A DNA stretch of 64,000 nucleotides from Patescibacteria group bacterium (GCA_035506195.1 DATJPV010000023.1:1050-65049), one strand, 5' to 3'. Positions 22,357 through 32,986 are shown, counted from the first letter of the stretch. Notes: a model not told the origin generated them from the sequence alone. Program-made: numbers and translations.

Positions 22357-22821
22357 TTATTTAACTTTCTGATAAAGGTACTTCTGCAGGGCGTTCCAAG
22401 TGCGTTTGCCTGCCTTGCCGTCGACATGCAAGCCGTTATCCTTCTGGAATGCCTTTATGGCGTTACGGGTCTGCTTGCCCCCCTTGCCGTCGATCGGACC
22501 CGGGTCATAACCGGCATTCTTTAATGCGATCTGGACATGCTTCATGGTAGGCCGCGACTTTACTTCGGGAACCACTTTTTCCGCGACGGCCTGCTGGTCC
22601 GCTACTTTGGCCTGAGCAACCGTGTTTGCCTTATTCAATTCATCTTTTAAACCGTTGATCTCTTCGTCCTTAGACTGAAGCTGCGTTTCCATGACCGAGA
22701 TCTGATTGCGTAGCCCCTGGACCTCGAGGTCCTTCTGTTTCCGGGCGGTTGCACAGCCGCTTAACATTCCTACCACCGATACCAGCGCAAAGAGCGCCAC
22801 TAGTTTCCTTGCCATCAACAC
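22357..22821 (-). CDS. lipoprotein with coiled-coil and C-terminal peptidoglycan-binding (PG_binding_1-like) domain
   Basis: 154 aa. Signal peptide with lipobox LSGC, coiled-coil segment, then VQIALKNAGYDPGPIDGKGGKQTRNAIKAFQKDNGLHVDGKAGKRTWNAL, which matches PGRP-type PG-binding repeats. Inserted between hisF and hisA. Confidence 0.7.
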   Translation of the reverse strand: MLMARKLVALFALVSVVGMLSGCATARKQKDLEVQGLRNQISVMETQLQSKDEEINGLKDELNKANTVAQAKVADQQAVAEKVVPEVKSRPTMKHVQIALKNAGYDPGPIDGKGGKQTRNAIKAFQKDNGLHVDGKAGKRTWNALQKYLYQKVK

Positions 22822-22835
22822 TCCTCCTTTTTGAT

Positions 22836-23555
22836 TTATCCTAACTTCAATGCCTGGGTTAACGTAAATTTTCCCTCATACAACGCTTTGCCCACGATCA
22901 CTCCGGTAAGGCCGGCCTTTTCCAGGACCTTAAGCCGCCTGATATCGTCAAGGGAAGAGACCCCGCCGGAAGCAATAATGCGTAATCCCGTCTCCTTAAG
23001 GAGGTTCTTTATCCCCTGGATGCTTGGCCCTTTCAGGGTGCCGTCTTTCAATACGTCGGTATAGACCATGTGGGTAAAGCCTATCGCCTTGATGAGCGCG
23101 GCAAACTGCATGATGTCGACAGCGCCCCGGTTCGACTGCCAGCCCTTGATCAGCACCAAACCGTCCTTGGCATCAGCACTGATGAGGACGCGGTCTTTGA
23201 ATACCTTGAAGATCCTTTTGAGGAAACCGGCGTCTTCGACAGCCTTTGTCCCCACGATGACCTTGCTGACCCCGTATTCCAAGGCCGTCCTGATAGTCTC
23301 GGCCGTGCGCACCCCTCCGCCGAACTGCACCGGAACGCCCGCCTCCCGGACAATGGCCTTAACCAGGTGCAAGTTCTTGGGTGTGCCGGTAAAAGCCCCG
23401 TCGAGGTCAACCACGTGCAGCAGCTGCGCGCCAAGGCGCGCCCAGTGTGTGGCGGTTTTAACGGGGTCATGCGAATAGATCTTTTTATCAAGCCTGCCCT
23501 GGACAAACCTGACCACGCAACCGTCCTGTATGTCTACTGCCGGAATAATTAACAC
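22836..23555 (-). CDS. hisA: ProFAR isomerase
   Basis: 239 aa; IIPAVDIQDGCVVR...GGGVRT...SGGVSSLDD. Confidence 0.9.
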   Translation of the reverse strand: MLIIPAVDIQDGCVVRFVQGRLDKKIYSHDPVKTATHWARLGAQLLHVVDLDGAFTGTPKNLHLVKAIVREAGVPVQFGGGVRTAETIRTALEYGVSKVIVGTKAVEDAGFLKRIFKVFKDRVLISADAKDGLVLIKGWQSNRGAVDIMQFAALIKAIGFTHMVYTDVLKDGTLKGPSIQGIKNLLKETGLRIIASGGVSSLDDIRRLKVLEKAGLTGVIVGKALYEGKFTLTQALKLG

Positions 23556-24160
23556 AGGTTAACGAAATTCTTTAACATAGTAAGACCGGTATCCTGACTT
23601 TTCTCCGGATGGAACTGCACGCCGTACACATTATTCTTCCAGACGACCGAAGCAAACGCTATCCCGTAATCGGTGCGGGTGGCGACATCCTGCTGATCCT
23701 GGGGCTCGGGATAATACGAGTGGCAAAAATAGACAAACGCCCCCTCGGCTATATCCCGCAGCAAGGGGCAGGCGGCTTTCTTGACGGAAAGCTGGTTCCA
23801 TCCCATGTGCGGCACTTTCAAATCCGCATCTTGCGCAAAACGTTTAACCGCGCCCTTCAGTAACCCTAAGCCTTTCGATGTCCTGGCTTCCTGGCTTTCC
23901 TGGAAAAGCAGCTGCATCCCCAGGCAGATACCCAGGAAGGACTTGCCCGCGGCAACCTGCTCTTTGATCGCTTCAATGAGGCCTCGCTTCTCTAACTCGG
24001 CCATGGCATCGTCAAAGGCGCCGACCCCGGGAAGCACGATCTTGTCTGCGGCAGCGATATCGGCCGGCCTGTTGGTCACCGTTGTGGCTGCCGACATGCG
24101 CTCCAACGCCTTCTGAACGCTGTGGATGTTGCCCATGCCGTAGTCAATGATCGCGATCAT
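23549..24160 (-). CDS. hisH: imidazole glycerol phosphate synthase glutaminase subunit
   Basis: The track ORF is N-extended. The conserved start MIAIIDYGMGNIHSV is ATG 24160, 1 nt after the hisB stop. Class I GATase (CLGMQ, FHPE). Confidence 0.88.
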   Translation of the reverse strand: MIAIIDYGMGNIHSVQKALERMSAATTVTNRPADIAAADKIVLPGVGAFDDAMAELEKRGLIEAIKEQVAAGKSFLGICLGMQLLFQESQEARTSKGLGLLKGAVKRFAQDADLKVPHMGWNQLSVKKAACPLLRDIAEGAFVYFCHSYYPEPQDQQDVATRTDYGIAFASVVWKNNVYGVQFHPEKSQDTGLTMLKNFVNLC

Positions 24161-24161
24161 C

Positions 24162-24767
24162 CTAGTCGATAACCCCTTTGGTTGAAGGGACCCCTTTCCT
24201 TCGGGGATCGATCTGCGTGGCTTGATCAAGGGCCAGCCCCAAAGCTTTGAAGATCGGCTCCAATGTCGTATGCAGATCGGGGCTGATAGGCTCGACCATG
24301 ATATTGACGTTGGCGCCCAGGTGCTTGGCGAAAGCGTCAAATAAATGCTCGGCATCGGCAAAGCTGTAACCGTCCTGCGTCTTGGGAGAAGCCAGGCCCT
24401 TGCTTGTCTTTAAGATGTAGTAACCCCTGCCGCTGATATCTACGCTGACGTTTGCGACCACCTCTTCCATGGGCACCGCCGCAGAACCAAACCTGCGGAT
24501 GCCTTTCTTTTCACTCAGCGCTTTCTTAAAAGCCTCGCCCAGGACCAGACCTACATCTTCGTTGGTGTGGTGGATGTCAACCTTGAGGTCGCCCTTGGCG
24601 CAGATACGCAAATCAAATAATCCGTGGAATGCAAAAAGCTCAAGCAGATGATCAAGCATGCCGATGCCGGTGTCGATCTTCGCTTTCCCGTCACCGTCAA
24701 CAGCCAAGGTAACCGTAATATCGGTCTCCCTGGTTTTTCTCTTGATGGTTGCAACGCGTTTTTTCAT
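24162..24767 (-). CDS. hisB: imidazoleglycerol-phosphate dehydratase (monofunctional)
   Basis: 201 aa; IGPD motifs (DTGIGMLDHLLE, HHTNEDVG). Confidence 0.92.
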   Translation of the reverse strand: MKKRVATIKRKTRETDITVTLAVDGDGKAKIDTGIGMLDHLLELFAFHGLFDLRICAKGDLKVDIHHTNEDVGLVLGEAFKKALSEKKGIRRFGSAAVPMEEVVANVSVDISGRGYYILKTSKGLASPKTQDGYSFADAEHLFDAFAKHLGANVNIMVEPISPDLHTTLEPIFKALGLALDQATQIDPRRKGVPSTKGVID

Positions 24768-24784
24768 GGGGCGCCCTCTCCGGT

Positions 24785-26011
24785 TTATTTGAACCTGGCT
24801 TTTACTGAATCAAGATGCCTGGCTAAGCCCTCGATCCCGGCTATTTTTTCCAGCGGCTCCTTGATCCTTTCCAGTGCCTTCTTGGAATAACTAATTATAT
24901 GGTTACTTTTGATAAAGTCAAGGGCAGAAAGTCCCGAGAAAAACCGCGCAGTACCGGATGTCGGCAGCACATGGCTTGGCCCGGCGACATAATCTCCTAC
25001 CGCAGCCGGGCTATAAGGGCCCAGGAAGATGGCGCCTGCGTTCCTTATCCCTTTGACCAGCCGCTGCGGATTGTGCACAAGGATCTCCAGGTGTTCGGGG
25101 GCGATCTTGTTCGAGATCCCTACGGCCTGTTCGAGGTTCTCGGTCAAAATGATGAAACCGTCGATACCGTCCATGCGGGATTTGACTTCCCTGGCCAGGC
25201 TCTTGGAATTAGTGATCAAGATGGCCAAACCGCGCGCATGCTCTGCCTGCGCCTTCAGGTCGGCAACGATGAAATCGGGGTCGCTGTAACGGCTGGCGAT
25301 AACGACCAATTCGGTCGGACCGGCGATCATGTCGATATCGACATATCCGAATACCTGGCGCTTAGCCTCGGTCACATAGATGTTGCCGGGGCCGACGATC
25401 TTATCGACCCTGGGGATGGTTTTGGTCCCGTACGCCAGGGCGGCGATAGCCTGGGCGCCTCCCGCCCGATAAATCTCATCGACCTTCAGGAGGTCTGCGA
25501 TAACCAGGATATGGGGATTGATCCGGCCGGTCTCATCCGGGGGGCTGACCAGCACGATCTTTTTTACCCCGGCGATCTTCGCCGGCAGCACGGTCATATA
25601 CACCGATGACACCAGGGGCGCCGTACCTGCGGGGATATACACCCCGATTTTTTCCAGGGGCGTATAATTTTCCCCCAGCATGACGCCGTCTTGGCCTTTC
25701 ATCCTCCAGGATTTCTTGATGGTCCGGCGGTAGAATTGAGTCACATTCTCGATGATGACCTTGAGGCTGGAGACGAAATTGGGGCTGATATTCTGATAGG
25801 CGCCGCTTATCTCGATCTGGGAAACCTTTAACTGCTTGGGGGCCAGGCGGACCCGGTCAAACTTCTTGGTGTACTTCAAAACCGCCTCATCCCCTAAGAC
25901 CCTGACATCCTCGATGATACGCTTGACTTTCTCCGTCACCCGTTTAGAGCGGACGAACTGGCGGCAATATATTTTTTCAAGCTGGGGGCTCGTTGAACGT
26001 ATGATTTTCAT
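24785..26011 (-). CDS. hisD: histidinol dehydrogenase
   Basis: 408 aa; HisD blocks (GVYIPAGTAPLVSSV, IAGPTE, QAEHARG, GDYVAGPSHVLPT). Confidence 0.92.
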   Translation of the reverse strand: MKIIRSTSPQLEKIYCRQFVRSKRVTEKVKRIIEDVRVLGDEAVLKYTKKFDRVRLAPKQLKVSQIEISGAYQNISPNFVSSLKVIIENVTQFYRRTIKKSWRMKGQDGVMLGENYTPLEKIGVYIPAGTAPLVSSVYMTVLPAKIAGVKKIVLVSPPDETGRINPHILVIADLLKVDEIYRAGGAQAIAALAYGTKTIPRVDKIVGPGNIYVTEAKRQVFGYVDIDMIAGPTELVVIASRYSDPDFIVADLKAQAEHARGLAILITNSKSLAREVKSRMDGIDGFIILTENLEQAVGISNKIAPEHLEILVHNPQRLVKGIRNAGAIFLGPYSPAAVGDYVAGPSHVLPTSGTARFFSGLSALDFIKSNHIISYSKKALERIKEPLEKIAGIEGLARHLDSVKARFK

Positions 26012-28632
26012 AGGCTAACCTGGCTGATAGCGCGTGTGAGCTTCTCGAGGGCTTTGTTGAGATTTTCCGGCTTGCTCCCCCCTGCCTGAGCGAAATCTTT
26101 CCTGCCTCCGCCGCTGCCTCCTATTTCGGAAGCAACCTCCTTTATGAGCTTGGAGGCATCGATACCTTTGGCGCACAGGTCCTGCGTAACCGCAATAACT
26201 ACGCATGCCTGACGGTCGTTCCCGGAAGTACCGACAAAGATGGCGTTACTGGTTTTGGCTTTTACCAGATCCGCAGCCTTCCTTAATACGTCCATCTGCG
26301 CGTCTTTATAGTCTTTCGTGATCAACTGCAGCCCGTTGATATCTTGCCCCTCCTTGATAACGCTATCAATGGAGTTCTTTAGCGCCTCGCCCTTAAGCGC
26401 ATCCAGCTGTTTTTCTATCGCCCTGATCCTGGCCAGGCGTTTTTCCAATTCCCCGTAGGCGTTCTCAATCGGCACGCCCAGAAGCGCGGCGATATCGGCC
26501 AGGGACTGCTCTTCTTCCTTGACCAGCCTATACGCCGCGTCTGCCGTCACCGCCTCTATCCTTCTTACGCCGCTGGCTACCGAGCCTTCCTGGGTTATCT
26601 TGAATAAACCGATCTGGCCCGTATGGCTCAGGTGGGTGCCTCCGCAGAATTCCTTGGAAACGTCTCCTACCGATACTATGCGCACCTTGTCATCGTATTT
26701 TTCTCCGAAAAAAGCCAGGGCGCCGCTTTTTCTTGCCTCGGCCAAAGCAAGCTCCGTAACGCAAAGGCCTTGGTCACGGATGACTTCTTTATTTACCAGT
26801 TCTTCGATCCTGTCTAATTCCGGCTGGCTAACGTCTTTAAAATGCGTAAAATCAAAACGCAACCTGTCCTGCGCCACCAGGGACCCCTGCTGCTGCACAT
26901 GGTCGCCCAGGACCTTGCGCAAGGCTGCCTGCAAAAGATGCGTGGCGGTGTGGTTACGCGCTACTGCCAGCCTGCGTTCGACGTCTATTTCCGCCGACAC
27001 GGTATCCGACTTTTTGAAAGCGCCTTGCGCCACCCTGCCGATATGGACGATCACTTTATCCGATTTCCTGGTGTCGAGCACCTCAAACACATTCGGGCCG
27101 TTTATCAGGCGGCCCGTATCGCCGACCTGTCCTCCTGACTCGGCGTAAAAGCAGCTCCGGTCCAGGACCACCCGGGCCTCTTCCCCTTTCTGGATGAGTT
27201 GGGCCTCGCCGGGATCCTTGAGGATCTTCAGGATCCTGGCCTCCTGAACGTACGCATCGTAACCGGTAAACTGCGTTTCCTTAACGCCCAGGTCCAGGTC
27301 TTTTATATCAAAGACGTCGCCTTTCATGTTGCTTTGCGATTTTGAACGCTGCTTTTGTTCGTCAAGCTCCCGGTCGAATGCATCTTCGGAAACCGCTATG
27401 CCGCGTGCCGCCAGCCAGTCCTTCGTTAATTCGAAGGGGATCCCGTATGTATCATACAACTGGAAGGCAACCAGGCCGACCTGGCGGGAAGCAGAGGCTC
27501 CGGTAAAACCGCGGAATTTCTCCTCGAACAGGGCCGCGCTTGAATCCAGCGTCGCCAGAAAACCCTTTTCTTCCGACAGGATGACCTCGGCGATATTTTC
27601 ACGGCGACCGACCAACTCAGGATACGGGTCTTTCATAATGTCTGCCAGGATCGGCACGAGCTTGTATAAAAAAGGTTTCTTGAACCCCAAGGAGCGCAAG
27701 GAAAGCGAGCTCTTGCGAATGAGCTTTCGGATGACATAGCCTCTGCCTTCGTTTGAAGGCAGGACGCCGTCGTATATCGCAAAGACCACTGCGCGCAGGT
27801 GATCGGCAACGGCATACGTGTATTCTTTGCTCTGAGGGGCCTCTTTCTTCGAACCGCCCTCGATTTCCTTGAGGAGCGGCCGGAACAAATCGGTCTCGAA
27901 GTTATTCGGCACCCCCTGCATTACCGCTGCCAGCCTCTCCAGCCCCATCCCGGTATCGATGTTCTTCTGCGGCAAAGGTTCCAAGGCGCCACCCTCCCGG
28001 CGGTTGAATTGAGTAAAGACAAGATTCCATACCTCGAAGAATCTTCCGCAATCGCAGCCGGGGTTGCAGTCGGCTTTTCCGCAGCCCACCTCTTTGCCGC
28101 GGTCAAAAAAGATCTCCGAACACGGGCCGCAGGGGCCGTTGGGGCCCTTCTCTTTTGCTTCCGACGGCCAGAAGTTGTGCGTATCCCCCAGCCGGATAAT
28201 CCTGGCCGCAGGGACCCTGACCGCATCCCTCCAGATCGCATACGCCTCATCATCGTCTTTGTACACCGAGACCCACAGCTGCTCCGGGGGGACTTTCAGT
28301 TCCTGCGTGAGAAATTCCCACGCCCAGGCAATCGCCTCTGCCTTGAAATAATCCCCGAAAGAGAAATTACCGAGCATTTCAAAGAAGGTATGGTGCCCGC
28401 GGGTCTTGCCTACCTTATCCAGATCATCCGTGCGCAGGCACCGCTGGGACGAAGCAGCGCGGGTGTAATCGGTAATCAAGCCAAGGAACTGCTTTTTGAA
28501 CTGGTTCATCCCCGCCGGGGTAAACAGAACGGTAGGGTCCTCCCGGGGGACAAGCGAATCACTCTCTACGATCCGGTGGCCTTTGGAGGCAAAGAACTCA
28601 AGGAATTTTTTTCTAAGGGCGTCTGCGGTCAT
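26008..28632 (-). CDS. alaS: alanine--tRNA ligase
   Basis: 874 aa; class II core (FTPAGMNQFK, FFEMLGNFSFGDYFK), editing domain HxxxH...CGGTH, C-terminal DHHA1-like. Confidence 0.95.
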   Translation of the reverse strand: MTADALRKKFLEFFASKGHRIVESDSLVPREDPTVLFTPAGMNQFKKQFLGLITDYTRAASSQRCLRTDDLDKVGKTRGHHTFFEMLGNFSFGDYFKAEAIAWAWEFLTQELKVPPEQLWVSVYKDDDEAYAIWRDAVRVPAARIIRLGDTHNFWPSEAKEKGPNGPCGPCSEIFFDRGKEVGCGKADCNPGCDCGRFFEVWNLVFTQFNRREGGALEPLPQKNIDTGMGLERLAAVMQGVPNNFETDLFRPLLKEIEGGSKKEAPQSKEYTYAVADHLRAVVFAIYDGVLPSNEGRGYVIRKLIRKSSLSLRSLGFKKPFLYKLVPILADIMKDPYPELVGRRENIAEVILSEEKGFLATLDSSAALFEEKFRGFTGASASRQVGLVAFQLYDTYGIPFELTKDWLAARGIAVSEDAFDRELDEQKQRSKSQSNMKGDVFDIKDLDLGVKETQFTGYDAYVQEARILKILKDPGEAQLIQKGEEARVVLDRSCFYAESGGQVGDTGRLINGPNVFEVLDTRKSDKVIVHIGRVAQGAFKKSDTVSAEIDVERRLAVARNHTATHLLQAALRKVLGDHVQQQGSLVAQDRLRFDFTHFKDVSQPELDRIEELVNKEVIRDQGLCVTELALAEARKSGALAFFGEKYDDKVRIVSVGDVSKEFCGGTHLSHTGQIGLFKITQEGSVASGVRRIEAVTADAAYRLVKEEEQSLADIAALLGVPIENAYGELEKRLARIRAIEKQLDALKGEALKNSIDSVIKEGQDINGLQLITKDYKDAQMDVLRKAADLVKAKTSNAIFVGTSGNDRQACVVIAVTQDLCAKGIDASKLIKEVASEIGGSGGGRKDFAQAGGSKPENLNKALEKLTRAISQVSL

Positions 28633-29102
28633 GAATCAAGTTTTGAAATGGCCTCAACAATTGCATCGGACGAAAATCCGCGGCGTACAAGGGAGGAAAA
28701 GATGCGCCTTTTGGCTTGCTGGGGATCGAGCCCCTTCAGTTTCCCGGATTTTTCCCGGACAAGTCTTTCGACGATCGCCTCTTCCGAATACTCTTCTTTG
28801 ACCCTGCCGATCTGGCGATCGATGATATCGCTATCGATGCCCTTCAGCCTTAATTCCACGCGCAATCTGCGCAGTCCCAACGGCTTTTTGATACGGGACG
28901 CGATCCAGGCGCGGGCGAACTCATCGTCATCGAGAAAGCCCTTTTCTTTCAGGAAAGAAACGACCTGTGCAATCGTCTGGCGGTCGAACTTCTTGGCCTC
29001 CAGGCGCCGGGATATCTCTGCTTCGCTGCGCATCCTGAATTTAAGCAAGAGGAAGGCGTAGCGTTTTGCCTTCTGGAGCGCGGGCGAATCCTGTTTATTC
29101 AC
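28629..29102 (-). CDS. recX: regulatory protein RecX
   Basis: 157 aa three-repeat helical protein (RYAFLLLKFRMRSEAEISRRL...DDDEFARAWIASR). Upstream of alaS as in many bacteria. Confidence 0.8.
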   Translation of the reverse strand: MNKQDSPALQKAKRYAFLLLKFRMRSEAEISRRLEAKKFDRQTIAQVVSFLKEKGFLDDDEFARAWIASRIKKPLGLRRLRVELRLKGIDSDIIDRQIGRVKEEYSEEAIVERLVREKSGKLKGLDPQQAKRRIFSSLVRRGFSSDAIVEAISKLDS

Positions 29103-30558
29103 CTGTTTTTACCACGCAGAAGCCGCGGTTGGTCTTAATCAGCACATCACCGCGCGCTTCCGAGGTCAACCGCGCGTAATCGCCGAGGTTGGCTACCGGC
29201 TGATTATTGATCTGGCGGATGATATCCCCGCTCATGAGCCCGGCATCGTCTGCAGGGCTGCCCGAGGCGACTTCCGAGATTACCACTCCGGAGGCATCCT
29301 CCAGGTTAAAATGCCTGGCTACATCGGGGGTGATCTCCTGCACCCGCAACCCCCGCCATACGCCTTCAGGCGCAGACGTCATTTTCTCTATATTCTGAGG
29401 CCGCTCTCCGATCTCGACGGAGATGGAAACTTCTTTTTTATTCCGGATGACCGTAACTGTCGTTTTCTTGCCGACGTCGGTTTTGCCCACGGCATTGAGC
29501 AATTCACGGACGCTGGCGATAGGTTGATTGGCAAGGCGGACGATCACATCTGCGTCCTTGATGCCGGCTTTCTGTGCCGGCCCGTTCTTGACTACGCCGG
29601 CGACCAAGGCTCCCTTTTTCTCGGTAAGCCCAAATTGCTTTGCCAAATCGTCATTGAGGTCCTGGACGGTCACCCCCAGCCAGCCATACAATATTTTCTT
29701 GCCTTCGATCAGGCGGGCAATGATCCTCTTGGCGGTATTGCTGGGAATGGCAAAACCGATGCCTTGATAGCCGCCGCTGGTAGAGAATATCGCCACGTTG
29801 ATCCCTACTATTTCTCCTTTAAGGTTCACCAGGGGCCCGCCGGAATTTCCGGGATTTATCGCCGCGTCAGTTTGAATGAGGTCCCCGTAATCCCGGTCAT
29901 TGGGCATGGCCTTGCCTAATGAACGGTGCAGCGCGCTGATCACGCCCGCCGTCACGGTAGGTTCGGGGTTCTGGAGCGCAAAACCGAAAGGATTACCGAT
30001 CGCCACTACCCACTGCCCGATCTTTGCGCTATCGGAATCCCCGAGGGCGGCCACGGGCAGGTTACGGGCATTGACCTTAACCACGGCCAGGTCGGAACGG
30101 GAATCCTGCCCCTTGATCTCCCCCTTGAACTCTCTGCCATCGGGCAGGGTTACGGTAATCTTATCCGCCCCGTCAACCACGTGCTCATTGGTAAGGATAT
30201 AACCTTCGGGGTCGATAATCACCCCCGAGCCAAGGCCTACCTGTTTATACTCCTGGTCGGGCATGTTACGGAAATAATCGCCGAAGAAACGACGCAGAAA
30301 TTCATCATCGCCAAAGGGGGATTGGGCGCCCGGGGGGACGTTGAAATAAAACCTCCTGCCTGCCGGGGCTTTATCGGTATGCTCCGTACTGATCGAAACC
30401 ACTGCCTTGCCTACGGTACGGGCTACTTCGATTACGCCGTTCTCTAAACTAGGCTGCTCCCCTTGCGATGGCGCCGGGGGCACCTGGCCCTGTGCTGACG
30501 AAAAGACGCTTAACCGCATGACCAAAACCAAAGCAAAAAATGCGATTTTTCTTTTCAT
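29095..30558 (-). CDS. htrA: periplasmic serine endoprotease DegP/HtrA family (trypsin domain plus two PDZ domains)
   Basis: 487 aa; signal peptide, catalytic-triad context (TNEHVV...[11 protein letters not shown]...GNSGGPLVN), two PDZ-like regions. Confidence 0.9.
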   Translation of the reverse strand: MKRKIAFFALVLVMRLSVFSSAQGQVPPAPSQGEQPSLENGVIEVARTVGKAVVSISTEHTDKAPAGRRFYFNVPPGAQSPFGDDEFLRRFFGDYFRNMPDQEYKQVGLGSGVIIDPEGYILTNEHVVDGADKITVTLPDGREFKGEIKGQDSRSDLAVVKVNARNLPVAALGDSDSAKIGQWVVAIGNPFGFALQNPEPTVTAGVISALHRSLGKAMPNDRDYGDLIQTDAAINPGNSGGPLVNLKGEIVGINVAIFSTSGGYQGIGFAIPSNTAKRIIARLIEGKKILYGWLGVTVQDLNDDLAKQFGLTEKKGALVAGVVKNGPAQKAGIKDADVIVRLANQPIASVRELLNAVGKTDVGKKTTVTVIRNKKEVSISVEIGERPQNIEKMTSAPEGVWRGLRVQEITPDVARHFNLEDASGVVISEVASGSPADDAGLMSGDIIRQINNQPVANLGDYARLTSEARGDVLIKTNRGFCVVKTGE

Positions 30559-30574
30559 GGCTGTGCCTCCAACA

Positions 30575-31636
30575 CTATTTTTCCGCCTTCTCTTCTTTCT
30601 GGTCTATCTCAAGCGCGCCGGCGCTGATCTTCTTGCGGACTTCTTTCTCGATATCATCCTGAAGCTTGGGTTTTTCTTTAAGCAGCTTGATCGCTCCGTC
30701 CCTGCCCTGGCTGAGCTTTTCATTCTGAAAAGAAAGCCACGATCCGGATTTTTCCAGCACTCCCAGGCTAATCGCCGCATCGATAACGCATCCGGTTTTG
30801 GCGATCCCCTCGGCATGCAGGATCTCGAATTCTGCCTCTTTGAAAGGCGGGGCTATCTTGTTCTTGACGACCCTGGCCCGCACACGGTTGCCGATCACCA
30901 TCTCCCCGGACTTCAAGGTAGCGATCTTACGCAGGTCAAGCCTTACCGAAGCATAGAACTTGAGCGCCCGGCCGCCGGGCGTGGTTTCGGGAGAGCCGAA
31001 CATGACGCCGATCTTCTCTCTGATCTGATTAATAAAAATGACACAGGTTCGCGATTTACTGATCGCGCCGGTCAGCTTCCGGAGCGCCTGCGACATCAGC
31101 CTTGCCTGTAAGCCGACATGAGCATCCCCCATCTCTCCTTCGATCTCGGCGCGAGGCGTAAGCGCTGCCACCGAATCGATAACGACCATGTCTACGGCAT
31201 TGGAACGCACCAGCGTTTCGGCAATTTCCAGGGCCTGCTCGCCTGTGTCCGGCTGGGAGATCAAGAGCTCATCCAGATTGACCCCGATAATCTTGGCATA
31301 TGTCGAATCGAAGGCATGCTCTGCATCGATAAACGCAGCCACCCCTCCTTTTTTCTGGATCTCTCTGATAACCGTTAAAGTAAGCGTTGTCTTTCCTGAA
31401 GCCTCGGGACCAAAAACTTCGATAACCCTGCCCCTCGGCAGGCCTCCTATGCCTAAAGCCCAATCCAGCGTAAGGGCGCCGGTAGGGATGGCTTCGACAT
31501 CGGCCTTCACGTGGCTGCCCAACTTCATGATCGAGCCTTTCCCGAACTGCTTCTCGATCTGGGTAAGGGCCAGCTCCAGGGCCTTTCTGCGGTCAGAAAG
31601 ATCTTTTGTTTCCTCTTTTTTCTTTTCTATAACCAT
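30575..31636 (-). CDS. recA: recombinase RecA
   Basis: 353 aa; Walker [14 protein letters not shown]1/L2 loops, [14 protein letters not shown]. Confidence 0.96.
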   Translation of the reverse strand: MVIEKKKEETKDLSDRRKALELALTQIEKQFGKGSIMKLGSHVKADVEAIPTGALTLDWALGIGGLPRGRVIEVFGPEASGKTTLTLTVIREIQKKGGVAAFIDAEHAFDSTYAKIIGVNLDELLISQPDTGEQALEIAETLVRSNAVDMVVIDSVAALTPRAEIEGEMGDAHVGLQARLMSQALRKLTGAISKSRTCVIFINQIREKIGVMFGSPETTPGGRALKFYASVRLDLRKIATLKSGEMVIGNRVRARVVKNKIAPPFKEAEFEILHAEGIAKTGCVIDAAISLGVLEKSGSWLSFQNEKLSQGRDGAIKLLKEKPKLQDDIEKEVRKKISAGALEIDQKEEKAEK

Positions 31637-31683
31637 TGCAACCTCCGATGTTGAACGCTGTTTTGTGTGTAATCGAGAAAATA

Positions 31684-31712
31684 ATTATAGCTTAGCCTGA
31701 TTTGGCTGTCAA
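31684..31712 (-). promoter_or_regulatory. consensus sigma70 promoter upstream of recA (TTGACA-17-TATAAT)
   Basis: Minus strand reads TTGACA-GCCAAATCAGGCTAAGC-TATAAT. A roughly 40-nt leader ends in GGAGGTTGCA-ATG. Confidence 0.55.
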
Positions 31713-31771
31713 ACAAAATCCTCCTTTCTACTACAATAGACGCAAAAAGGAGGAAAATCTAACTCTCTTAC

Positions 31772-32986
31772 CTATATAGAACCTATGATCGAGCCACCGG
31801 AAAGCGCGGCCAACTTAACCGGGATAAGCTGGTTTGCCAGGTTACGGTTGGCTTTAGCCAAGACCTTGAGGTAATTGCCGGTATGGCCCTCCCAGAAACC
31901 GCGCTTAGCGCAAGATCGCCCCTCAAAAAGCACCTGCACTGTCTTGCCCAAAAAACGGCTGCGATAACGCACCGAGCAATCATCGGCTACCTGATTGACG
32001 CGCTCGATGCGCCGCTGCATTTCTGACGGCTCCAGCAGCCGATACTGCCGGCGCGCAGCTTGCGTCCCGGGCCTTTGCGAAAAAGGAAACACGTGCACCT
32101 TCAACGGCATGCTTACCTTGACCGTTGCGAGGGTATGCTGAAAGCATGCCTGCGTCTCCGCGGGAAAACCCACCAGCACATCGGTAGTAATGGCGATATC
32201 CGGTACGCGCCTGCGGATCATGCGTATCAGTTGCAAAAAATCACCGGCAGTATAAGCGCGGTTCATTGCCTCCAGCACCTCATCATCTCCGCTTTGTAAA
32301 GGGATGTGCAGGTGCTTACATAGTTTTTTTGAGCTCTTTAAAAGCCGGATCAGGCCTTCGGAAACGTCATTTACTTCTATGGAGCTCAACCTGAGGCGCA
32401 GGATCCCGGGGACCTCTTCGAGCTTACGGATAAGCGCAACCAAATCCGTCCGGCCGGAAGCGTCTTTACCATAGGAGCCCAGGCAGATGCCCGTCAAGAC
32501 GATCTCCCGGAAACCGCTTGCGGCCAAGGCAGACGCCTCGGCGCATATCGCATGCGCAGGCCGGCTGCGGGATCGCCCCCTGACCAGAGGGACTTTGCAA
32601 TAAGAACAAAAATTATTGCAACCGTCTTGTATTTTCAAAAATGCGCGGGTCCTGCCGGCAAAGGTGGTAATGCCATCGGGGAAAAAGGCCTTACTAATGA
32701 TGCAACGGACGCCTTTGATGCGGGAAAGCGCGGATGCGTCTTTTTTAACCAGGCAGCCGGTAACCAGGACTCCTGCGCGCGGATTGCGGCGGATGCATTG
32801 GCGGATCACCGCCTTGGATTTGCGGTCCGCGGCGGAAGTCACGGTGCAGGTGTTGATTACACAAAAATCGGCGGGCCTGCCGTTGTCGATAACGCGAAAA
32901 CCCGCACGGATAAAACGCTCTCTAATACTTTGCGTATCATACTGGTTTGCTTTACAGCCTAAAGTGAAGAACTTAACCGTTTTCAT
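31772..32986 (-). CDS. MiaB/RimO-family radical SAM methylthiotransferase (MtaB-like)
   Basis: 404 aa. N-terminal MTTase domain with Cys triad (LGCKANQYD...NTCTVT...GCL), radical SAM CNNFCSYC, C-terminal TRAM-like region. Confidence 0.8.
   Translation of the reverse strand: MKTVKFFTLGCKANQYDTQSIRERFIRAGFRVIDNGRPADFCVINTCTVTSAADRKSKAVIRQCIRRNPRAGVLVTGCLVKKDASALSRIKGVRCIISKAFFPDGITTFAGRTRAFLKIQDGCNNFCSYCKVPLVRGRSRSRPAHAICAEASALAASGFREIVLTGICLGSYGKDASGRTDLVALIRKLEEVPGILRLRLSSIEVNDVSEGLIRLLKSSKKLCKHLHIPLQSGDDEVLEAMNRAYTAGDFLQLIRMIRRRVPDIAITTDVLVGFPAETQACFQHTLATVKVSMPLKVHVFPFSQRPGTQAARRQYRLLEPSEMQRRIERVNQVADDCSVRYRSRFLGKTVQVLFEGRSCAKRGFWEGHTGNYLKVLAKANRNLANQLIPVKLAALSGGSIIGSI

Noticed and set aside
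24161-24361. 67-codon upstream extension of hisH
   Set aside because: It overlaps hisB in another frame. The conserved HisH N-terminus MIAIIDYGMGN starts at 24160, 1 nt after the hisB stop.
31637-31683. Candidate LexA/SOS box in the recA leader (TGTTGAACGCTGTT; CTATTGTAGTAG)
   Set aside because: Neither is a true palindrome nor matches known LexA consensus families. I cannot support an operator call without the organism's lexA motif.
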